A DNA stretch of 64,000 nt from Camelus ferus (taxonomy: Eukaryota): the NCBI RefSeq assembly GCF_009834535.1, contig NC_045707.1, positions 63,862,001-63,926,000 of the forward strand, in the 5' to 3' direction. Position 1 is the first letter of the stretch; each line of letters starts with the position of its first letter. Below the pieces are notes generated by a model. That model saw only the letters and a program-made list of their open reading frames with translations. It ran no database searches and had not been told where the DNA came from. The translations under genes were made by a program, and so were the position numbers. Below, in pieces: positions 47,983 through 58,300 of this stretch.

Positions 47983-49364
47983 TGAGCTGGCTTTTCGAGA
48001 CATGCATCCACTTAAATATATATTTAACATTAACATAATAGCTATTAGCAATATAAACGTATTCCTCATGCTTAATACTTCCTTCTCAGCAGGGAGAGCG
48101 CCATTACTGCCCCTATCCTAGCCTCTCAGCCCAGGGGAGTAAAAGTGATAGATCCTACTGGTGAGTTGGGAGAGACTGTCTGGTCCACTTGAGTAACTCT
48201 GCTCTGCTCTTTTTTAAAACTTGGAACCAGGATGTTCACAGAAACCATCAGTTCTGCTGCTCCCAGGAGTAACAATAGAAAGTCACGGCTGTGGTCATCT
48301 GCTGCTGCCTGTTTCTGGGCAAAAAAATATGGCGGACTCTGAAAAGCTTACTTGCCGAGACATTTAAGCCACACTCTGCAATATTAAGTGTATTATTAGA
48401 ATATGTGACAGATTGATCCACTGTTTGCCTTATTTGCCACTTCTTTAGAACTCAGGCTGAGAGAAAGGATGCTATTTTTTGGAACCCTTCAGATCCAATA
48501 TGAAGTTGAGCCTTGACCTACATAGTATTTTGACCTGGGCAGCTTGCTAAGGTGTATAGAGGTGTGCTTTTATTCAGACTGCACTGGTCTTAATCACGTC
48601 TGGGGCATTCGAAAGCTGAGAAAATTCTGTTTTGTTTTTGTTTTTGTTTTTGGTTTTTTGGAGAACATGGCATCACAGAGCCCTCTGGATCAAACCTCTT
48701 GCCCCTAGTGGGCCCAGGAAGGTATCTCCAGGGGCTGTTGCTGCAGAGGAGCAGCTTTACCAAGGTGGGAATAAAACTGCCTGGATACACAGCTGATAAC
48801 CTCTTCCGAGGACACAGTCAGACTTCTGGTTAACCATGGCCCTATCGGTTAAGCCCAAAGGATTAAGTTAAAATCATACAACACAGGCTTCCTGATACTT
48901 AACCTGAGAATTAAGCAGACTCACCCTCTGAGTCACAGAGAACACTGGACCATCACAGACCTCCCCACGCAGGGATGCGTTTCTGTGAAATAACAACATA
49001 GGAGAACAGAGCCAAGTGTAATCTCGTGGGTACTAACAGAGGGAAGAAAGGCTGAGTTCTTCTTCTAAATTCTAACAAGCTGTGTCACCAATCCTCACGA
49101 CAGGAAAAGTCAGTGAGAGGATGGAACACTGCCAGGAAGGTTACTCTAACAGACCTCCCTCCACGTGGAAGGAAACATCGAGGGGGGAGAATATGATTTC
49201 TTCCCGCAGCCTTCACTGTGTTGTGCTATTAAATAAGACCCACATTTTAACCCTCGCTCCTCATCTTTGACCTTAGGGAGTCGCTCAACCCTCAGACTCA
49301 CTGTTTCTTCATCTGCCAAATGCTCGTGTCATAGGACTGTTGGGAAAGGGGGAAAAGATGGTAA

Positions 49365-49565
49365 CCATTTATTAAATATTTCCTACATTCCAGGTGCCCT
49401 GATGAGAACTTTATACACACTGAGTTGTTAATCCTTCTAATCTTGTAAGACTGGTGGTATCAGTCCCGTCTTACTGAGGACAAGGTTGAGGCTGAGAAAA
49501 CTTAAATACCTTGCCCAACTCCTGCATAGTTGTAAGACTCGGATTTGAGCACAGTTCTGTCTGGT
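49365..49565 (-). mobile_element. MIR SINE
   Basis: catttattaaat..ccaggtgcc..actttata..tgaggctgag..ccttgccca..ggatttga. Confidence 0.65.
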
Positions 49566-50575
49566 AGCAAATTGCTGGACTTCACTATTTTACTCTTTGG
49601 GCCGCTCTGAGCTGGTACTTAAGAAAGCACTTAGCCAATTTCAGTTATTTAAATATTTCGAATGTTTTCCATTAGCCTTCTTTTCTCCAGGTGGAACATT
49701 CTCAGTTTTTTCACCTATTCTTTGATGAACTATCATTTCTCCATCCCATATCACTAGATTCACTGTCCTCATGGAGTGGCATGGTTGTAATGTCCCGCTT
49801 AGACTATCCGGACAGGAGTGAGAATTCACATCCAAACGTGGCTAGGGTCGGAAACTCCATATTTTGCAATGCTTCTCCAGCTCGGTGTGTGTGTTTTTCT
49901 GCCAGTTTCTGAACCCAGACAAGCTGAAGCTTTGTTATCATTCCTACTCAATAGGCTTCAAGGGTCAGACATGCTGAAGCTTGTGTTTGAAAGGAGCGTG
50001 AGTCAGTGTAGAATCTGACTCCTGCATCTTAAGAAATGTTCATAAGGAGGACCTTGAAATGGGGGTGTGGTGACATGGCCCCTGACCACTTCACTTGCAA
50101 GGAAAAGCTACCATAACCTAAGTGTATTGCAGGGCTTCTGTGACCAGGGAGAGAAAGTGGTCAGTGTTTACTGGCTTGGAAGGACACGGACCCCGTTATC
50201 TACACAGATGGACTGTAAAACAATTTCTAAGTCCTGAAGAGCACGCATGGAGTCCCATCTGTTTATCTAGGATTTACTTTTTGTTGGCTAATGGCCCCTG
50301 AGCTGCATGTAATGATAAGATTAACCAAAAAAGCCAGACATTGTTATTTTTTCAGATGTTAGAGCTTTTCAGGTTCTAAATGAACAGGGTGTTGCTAATG
50401 TTATTACCTTTTACTACCTTACTTTTCTACTTTTGGCCAAAACAAAATGAAAAGATGTTTTCTATTTCTTGTAAGAATGACTTTCTCCAGTAACAGTTGT
50501 GAGAAAAAATTAAGTGTGATAACAGCCACCTAGTATATTTTTATATTAAAATATCATTCGAAACAGTTTGTAGCT

Positions 50576-50667
50576 GGGGGAGGGAAATGGCTCAGTGGTA
50601 AAGCACATGCTTAGCACGCATGAGGTCCTGGGTTCAATCCCCAGTACCTCCATTAAAAGAGAAAAAA
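50576..50667 (+). mobile_element. tRNA-derived SINE (camelid Vic-1-like), short form
   Basis: GGGGGAGGG..GCTCAGTGGTA (A box)..GGTTCAATCC (B box)..CCAGTACCTCC plus A-rich tail; flanked by repeated agtttgtag (TSD). Confidence 0.85.
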
Positions 50668-51477
50668 GTTTGTAGTAGGTGACAATATAAATAGAGGGAC
50701 TGAAAATAATGAGTTTTATTGAAGTAATTGGTTGAATGCTAAAGCAAAGGCAGCTCCTTTTTGAAAGATCTTGCTTTAAAACATGCCTTTCCAGAGAGAT
50801 TTGTCTTGAGCTCCCCAACTAAAGGAACATGCCAGGCACTCCTGGCTAGCTATTCAGTTTTATTTTCTTCATTCGAGTTTCTGTCTGCTATTTCCTTGTT
50901 TGTATTTGCTGAGTGTCTCTCTCTCTCTCCTCCTCTGGAATGCAAATTCCAGACTGGATTTTACTATCACTGTGCATAGGACACGGCACAGAGCAAGCAC
51001 GCAGCATTTGTTGAATGAATAAATCCATTTTGAAAACGTTACATTGTTAACCGTTTACGCTAGGCTAGCCCACCAGTTTGTGTTCTTTTGATTTGTTTTT
51101 TGGTTTTGCTGTTATTCAGTCCGCCAGCAGTGTGTTCTGTCCTATCTCCTCCTCAGTGTAGATGTATTTATTTGTGGATGTGATTCCAGTCGTTCTGAGT
51201 TACTGCATTAGAACGAAGAGCATTTATCACACTTAACAGAACAGTGTTTGGTGTGAGGTGTATTATAACTGGGTTTTGCAAATAGCGCTTATGGATTTTT
51301 AAAGAAATAAATCAGAGTGTTGTTTTTTTTTTTTTTCCCTTAAAGCGACATTCACTGACTTGTGTTTTATTGAGTGGTAGAGAAAGGCATGGGCTGCCAG
51401 GACTCATTCCGAATTCTGGGCACCCAAAAGCAAGTGTGGTGACAAGAGAGACTGAGATCCCTTGCTCCAGAAGCAAC

Positions 51478-51614
51478 TTTATTTTATTTTATTATTTTGG
51501 GGGGTGGAGGGAGGTAATTAGGTTTATTTATTTATTTTTTAGCGGTACCGGGGATTGAACCCAGGACCTCGTGCCTGCTAAGCGTGCGCTCTACCCCTGA
51601 GCTATCCTCTCCCC
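51478..51614 (-). mobile_element. tRNA-derived SINE (camelid Vic-1-like)
   Basis: Reverse-complement A/B-box head, AAAT-repeat linker, CCTAATTACCTCC body and A tail; degenerate TSD cagaagcaacttt/cagaggtaacttt. Confidence 0.88.
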
Positions 51615-52361
51615 ATCAGAGGTAACTTTTGTATCAGCTGCCTGGGCTAAGAGGTGTGAGATTAAGAGGAGTGAGATTATGTTTTAGCCCTTGTTTCAGT
51701 TGAAGACAAACCAAGTGTAGACCGCATAGTAGGACCCCGCTGGATGCCTGTTAACTAGGTTAGGCGGAAGCATGTGATTGTATCTGATGGATGGGTGGGA
51801 AGCTCAGTGCCAGATACCCTGGGGGAGGTCAGCTGATACGGGTTAATCTGAGCAATAATGCCGGGCCTCCAACTACTTCTTGATGGTTTCATTTTACAAC
51901 ATGTATGGGCAGAGCAGGAGTCACTATCAAAGCTGGGAGGGGGCACTAGGTGCTTAGAAAAATCATTGCATTGTTTATGTTTTAGGGGGTGGCGACTGAA
52001 GGGGAACAGTGTATTTCTTTGTGCCCTGGGAGTCACATGTCTTTATCCTTTGGCCTTGATTTGGTCATAAAATATGTTTTCTTAAAGGAAGAATTTATAG
52101 AAAAATATGTTCATGTTGAATAATTTTAGGATTGATTTGTTATTTATACATTTCTTTCTAATTGTGTTATTTTTTTCTTTTTACATTGCAAAAGAAATAG
52201 ATCCTGGCTATGAAATCCAAATTATCACTGGGGACAATGAACGTTACCAAGTCATATGTCATGACAAAATGGTTTATCAGTCACAGTTAAAATAATCCAG
52301 GGGTTGGTAAACATATTTTGACTTGTTCTTGTGAAAGATTCACTTCTTCACTTTAGTTCTC

Positions 52362-52500
52362 TTTGGGGTGAGGGGGAGAAAGGTAATTGGGTTTGTTTAT
52401 TTATTTACTTTTAAATTTTTTTAGAGGAGGTACTGGGGATTGAACCCAAGACCTTGTGCATGCTAAGCATGTGCTCTACCACATTGAGCTATACCCTCCC
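52362..52500 (-). mobile_element. tRNA-derived SINE (camelid Vic-1-like)
   Basis: GGGAGGGTATAGCTCAA..GGTAGAGCACATGCTTAGCATGCACAAGGTCTTGGGTTCAATCCCCAGTACCTCC on - strand. Confidence 0.88.
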
Positions 52501-52639
52501 TGCTATTGCTAAAGTCCAAAATACTTAAAACATTGAAGCGCAAATACTTAAGTAGCATATGTACTTACACATCAAAAATCAAAAGCATTTAGGAGACCAG
52601 ATATTTGCCTATGGGCTCAATAAAAGACATGAAGATATT

Positions 52640-54215
52640 TTGTTTTACAGTCACACATTTTATTACAAATTTCTTTTATTTTGTACCCAATAGAAAAGCA
52701 AGTTTGGAATCTATTTACAAGTACTATACATTTACATATATTATATACAGGTAATGATTTAAAGAAAATGGGCAGAGAAACACAATATATATGGAAGAAT
52801 ATGCCACTGTACATGGTTTATTATCATGTCTTTAGTGTTACTGAATCTTTACTGTGGTAATAAATACAGTTCTATATTTACACATCTTATAAAACATCTC
52901 ATAAATGTATTTTTTTCAATTCCAAGTTAAAACATCTGATCAAAATAAACATGCTTATATAAAAATAAATCTACCTAACAGTCTTTTGGTTCAGATGTAT
53001 TGAAGCTAATGCAGTATAATAGAAGTTATGAATTTATCCTTTGACCTTTAGTATTTAATAAATTCTCCTCTTAAAATATCTAACACACGTATTAAATATG
53101 GAATAGGCAGAGACGTCATCTTCTTGACATCAAGTGGGTTGATCCAAAGACAACAGAGCTAAAAACCAAGCTAAATAAACAGGATAATATGTCACCAAGT
53201 TTCTGCTGAGTCAAAAGTGGTTTCAGACATCCATTTCTAGAGCTACTAACGAGCTACATGAGAGAAGTTATATCAGTGGATTTAATTTCTGTTGAGTCTG
53301 CATTTGATTATTACCTTATGATGCACATTGGTTTGAATCAACTGATAAAACCTCCTGCGAGAAGTGTGCGCTCGCCCAGGGGGAGAAAAATCCCAGGTTG
53401 CTTACCATCTTTTCTAAGTATGTCCATTGCCGGCAATGGACTTTTCTTCTGACCTCTGGGCACCAAGGAATTAAAAATGAATTAGACAAGGCAAACCTCA
53501 CCTGTACATGATTGCCTTCACAGCAATTGAAGAATTTAAGTTCATTTTCCTTTCAAAATATGTGTAAGCAGTTTTCTTCCACTGAGGCTGGAGCCATCTA
53601 GTGCTGACACATAAACTCTAGCATCTCTAAAAATGAAGTGGATGTGAATGAATGAATAGTGCCTTATGTTATCCATTCACGGGGGGACTGGTGGCCAGGA
53701 AGGACCCTTTCTGAGGAAAGGAGTACTAAAACATCTCCACATGGTCATTAAAGTCAAATCCTATTGGTCACAACCATTACTTAGTAATATATGCCATTAA
53801 AAACCCTTATTTTCTTAATACCTCCAACCATCTTTTAAGGGGTTTTTGGGTTTTGTAAGCAAGGGTCCCCACCCCCCACAACCCCCAGCAAATGATTAAA
53901 TTGGTGAGTTGAAAAAGAATTCAAATTGAAATCATGGAGAATCTTTTCTGAACATTTCAATCCATTTTAAAAATATATTTTAGGCTTACCTGAATCATGT
54001 GACCGATCTACTGTAGCTGAACAAACTACATAAGCAGCATTTAGACTTATTTTTCACTCTCCAGTATCAAATAATTCTCAGTTTTTTTTTTTGACACAGA
54101 GATTTAAAAAAAAAATCAGGTTTCAACTCAGCTCTTTTTTACTTACTACTCTGATGTACTCAATCTCACATTTTTGGGTTTTTGATATTTGAAAACTTTT
54201 TCTCTTATGTATGAA
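52640..54215 (-). other. LGR5: LGR5 3'UTR (~1.6 kb)
   Basis: AU-rich, repeat-free sequence after the stop; AATAAA on - strand at 52817-52822, 52675-52680 and 52659-52664; end approximate. Confidence 0.65.
52659..52680 (-). terminator. Tandem AATAAA poly(A) signals of LGR5
   Basis: Minus strand reads AATAAAAGAAATTTGTAATAAAATGTGTG, with upstream TGTA motifs. Confidence 0.65.
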
Positions 54216-55303
54216 TTAGAGACATGGGACAAATGCCACAGATGAAAGATGACAGCTTTCTGTCACTGGATAAGCTGGTGGTGACCCAGAACTGGAAGGC
54301 AGGTCGTAGGCGATGCTGGCACTGGTGAAGGTTACCAAGGCCTGGGTTGAGTCGCAGGACTGTTTCTCAACATCATCAGAGTTAACAGACACCAGGCTGG
54401 TGTGTTTGGACCTCGTCCAGAAGTGGGTTTGCTTTCCCAGGCTCCCCAGGTCCTCCTTAAAATGGGGATTGAGGAGGATGTAGAGAAGGGGGTTAAGACA
54501 TGCGGGAAGGGGCACGATGACCAGAAGGATAAACTTAACTACTTCCGGGCCGATGAACGTGAGGTTCAGCAAAGAAGCGAAGGACAAGAACGCCACGGGG
54601 CAGTAAAGGATACAGTTGGTGAAGAGCAGCAGAGCGATGTGCTTCACCATAGAACAGTCCCACGTGTTCTCCAGGTCTCCCTTTTCCAGACTGCAGTAGA
54701 GCTTGGTGTAGGCGATGGTCATCATGAGGAAGCAAAGGGAATTGAGCAAGACGAGCGCCACCATGTAGCCCGCGGCGCTGGGCTCCCCCAAGGGCAGCGG
54801 CAGGCAGAGCGGGGAGGCGCTGTACTCGCGGCCGCCCAGCAGGGGCACGGCGGCCACGGTCACGGCCAGCAGGGCGCACAGCGCGATGGCCGCTCTCAGA
54901 CTGGGGAAGGGGCTCTTCGTGTCCAATCTGGCGGAGCATCCCGCAGAGAACCCACGCTCCAGGGCCGCCAGAGTCAGCAGGAAAACAGAGGATTCCGAAG
55001 CGAAAATGGACAAAAACCCGACGACTTGACAACCGACCCCCTGCTCCCACCACGCCCCGTGCCGCGCAAAGCTGCCGAAGGTCAAGGCGTCCACGCCCGC
55101 CAGCACCGCGCTGGAGACCCCCATGAGCATGTTGGCCGCGGCTAGCAACCCGATTAACAGTTTTATGGAGGAGATGTACACAGGGGCCCTGAACACCGCG
55201 CACGTCACCAGGGCATTGCAAGTAAGCGCCAAAACCGCTATGGTCCACACTCCAATTCGGATCAGCCAGCTCCCGAACAGGTATTCGCAGAGTTTGAAGG
55301 GGC
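54216..55303 (-). CDS. LGR5: LGR5 last exon: 7TM domain and C-tail
   Basis: Acceptor ttctag|GC CCC TTC; ORF 54216-55250 (WTIAVLALTCN...VAFVPCL*); TAA at 54216-54218. Confidence 0.97.
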
Positions 55304-58300
55304 CTAGAAGTCCAGGGAAGAAAAAGACTGGGCATCAAATTAGGGTTGACAGCTTTTGCAAACTACCTTTTTGTTTCTCTCATTAGGACACCAAGGAGTA
55401 GAGAGGCCGTACCAACACATCTTTTATTAAACTACTATTTAATGTAAAGGTGAGCAGACCAGGAGTTCAGGTTTTCCAGCTATACCCGGGGAAATGACAC
55501 GGAGAGTTTCAGTCACTTGCTTCTGGTCTCCCAGATACAGCAGTGTCGGGGCCAGGTAAAAAGCCACATCTCTTGGGCTTTTTATTATATTTTTCCAGAA
55601 TACTTCAAAAAGGTTCTGTAAACAGGGAAGGAGAATCCTGGGGAAATACTCCATAATATTAGAAAAGGATGTATGAGTCGTATGGAGGTGCAGTTCATTA
55701 AAATCTCATTTTAGGTTTAGACTGACATCTGACGTTTGGGAGCAAGGAATAATCGAACTGTTGAAAATAAAATAGCGACCCTCTCCAGCTGTCTTTTTTT
55801 CTTTTTCCCCTCAACTGGCCTATCGTATTTCTGCGAATGGGACAAACAGTTAAGTGAATAATCTATACAGATATTTTTTTACCTATCTGTAAAGCCATTA
55901 TTTGCTTTAACCAAATAGCTACGTAGGGAAGACTTAAAAAAAGTCACTGTCAACAATCGGTGATTACGTGAAGAAAGACTGCTGCCTACCAGTTCAGGCT
56001 AAATTGCTAATGTCATTTAAAAATTACATACACTTCTAACTACGTGATTGGTTCTTTAATTTCCATTAATCTGAATCAACAGTCTCCCACAAAAATCCTA
56101 CTTATGAATAAAGACCAACTCCAGGGAACAAACATTTGTATTTTTAAGGTCCCCCTAGGGGGGATACTGATGAGCTGCAAAGCAGACTGTGCTGTGAAGT
56201 GTAGCGACGACATCCTGGGTGGCCCCCAGACTTAAGGGAGGGTGCTGCTGCTGGGTCCATTCTGATGCCTTTCTCACCTGGGGAAGGCGAGCACTGCACG
56301 GAATGGAGGGCTTTCAGGTCATCCTCAAAGTCAAGCAGGAAATCTTCAAGATCACGCTCATCTGTAGGAGTGAGAAGTTCTGGAATGATTAGTTCTGTCT
56401 CTCTTTTCAGGGACCAGCTCCCAGGTAGGAGAGTCCTGGATTGCCCCGGAGACACGAAGTGTCACGAAGGGGGCTGAAGGTCAGACGCTCCGCTTTTCCC
56501 CTGGGCTGTCACTTTCTTGTCTGTTGTAGAGTTGCTTTGGATGTTCTACTGAGGCTACTGTACGACCTAGTGCCCCAGCAGAACTGGGGTTAAGGGACAG
56601 TGACTTGGGCTCCCGGTCATAGCATCTAAGCTCTCGCATCCTGTTCTTGTTCCCTGGGGCTCATGATGGCCTCAAATTTGTCCTGACCCAACTTAGAGAG
56701 TGTAGGCCTCTCCATTCAGTGGAAGAACCACTTCATCCAGTTTTCTAACACTTTGTGGCTAGACTGCAAATGTTCTGGGCTGTGTTCTCAGAGCGCAAGA
56801 GGGAGAATCAGTGTCAATCTTCTCTGAGGAATGCTGCTTAACAGAGGACAAATCAAGTAACTGCTTCGTGCTTGGATTAGCCATCCGTGAAACAGGGATT
56901 CTGTGATCTAGCACACTTTCCCAAAGATGCTGATTTAATTGGCCAGGTGTGTGGCTCGGGCATCACTGTTTTTCAAAAGTTTCTATGTGATTCCAATATG
57001 CGCCCCAGGGTTGAGAATCACTGCCCTTGGAGGTAAACTCCATGAAGAAGTGTGTCTCTCGCTCACTGTGAGCCTCTAGGGCCTAGAACAGTGCCTGGCA
57101 CTTAGTAGACACTGGAATTTTGGGGGGAGAGGTGTGTGTGATAAATAAATGCAGTAGAAATTAGGGTGGGTGAGGCAGGAGGAACAAAAATGAAATCAAG
57201 AACAAGAATAGGACACATGCTGTAGCCTAAAGCAAAAAGGCCAAAGGCCATAATACCAGCTCCTTAATCAGATATGTGTGCAGGAAGAAAAGTCAAGATA
57301 ATGTGCAGACAGACTGAATCATACTTGCTTGGGAATCAACAAATCATTAACACCCAAAGGAAGACAAGCCAGTCTGTTTAGACTGTGTGCAAACTTGCAG
57401 GGTTGGCAGGGAGAGCAGAGTAGGGCTGCCCAGAGCACCTCCTCATTACCACAGGTGTGGTTTGAGGTACATTGCTGTGTTTTTAAGTCAGGTCTTACTT
57501 CAAGGAAAGCCAAGCGCTTTACAGACATTATCTCATTTCACTTTCCTGACAGACAGCCCTGTGGGGGGCAGAAGGGAAAATGTTTTAGGACTAGTTGGAT
57601 AAGAAGGTGGATTCTTAAGCCCTCCTGCTGAAATATGGAGGCATCTAAAATTGCTGATGGCCTCCACTCCCCCTGGGCTGCAAGAATAAAAACAGATTTT
57701 ATCTTTGGGAGAAAAAAGTTCAGAAGCGTGTTTGAAAAAGTTATTCACAGGGATGAAGCCCTCTTAAACAATTATGAGAATATTGATCATCAATATTAGT
57801 ATTTATCTCTGAGGTCAGTATATACTAAAAGGGATTTAATTATAAATATAACTATTAAAAATTCACTTACAGAAAAGATAAAGTTTTAGAATGAACCCTA
57901 AAGGAGCTTTCTCTTTCTCTGGGAGACTTTAAAAAGTGGGTTTGATTCTCAGCTTGCTGGCATGATTACATGTGGGCCGGTCTGGAGTTCAGATGATCTG
58001 TCTGATGACTTTTCAAGACCCCTTGAGACACAATTTCATGCCAGTGACATAGCAGGTCTTACCTTGAACTTGAAACATCCCAACATCTTTCTTATGAAGG
58101 TCATCTGCACTGCTGTTGTCGCCTCTATTCCACTGGTGAGAAATTTTATAGACACTTTCACACACTCCAAATGTGCAGCACTGATACGCATAGGGCACTT
58201 CTATAACCCTTTAAGTGAACAAAACCAAAAACACACTTAAAGAAACAGATGATTAAATATAGTGTTCGCTTTCTTGTGCTCAGTAATTCTGCCTGTGGAT

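Noticed and set aside
50576..50652. tRNA(Ala)-like sequences (also at 51541-51614, 52425-52500, 61406-61480)
   Set aside because: SINE heads with A-rich tails, mostly with TSDs, and mutated stems; not functional tRNA genes
54312..54330. LGR5 C-tail TSAS instead of the human TSSS serine cluster
   Set aside because: As I recall, non-primate orthologues also have Ala here, and the QSCDS internalisation serines are intact; probably the ancestral state
54402..55145. 247-aa + strand ORF antisense to LGR5
   Set aside because: Shadow of the GC-rich LGR5 exon; non-ATG start and no recognisable domain
54535..55338. 267-aa alternative-frame ORF on the - strand
   Set aside because: Starts in the intron and overlaps the true LGR5 frame; Arg/Gly/Ala/Pro-rich composition typical of a GC-rich off-frame read
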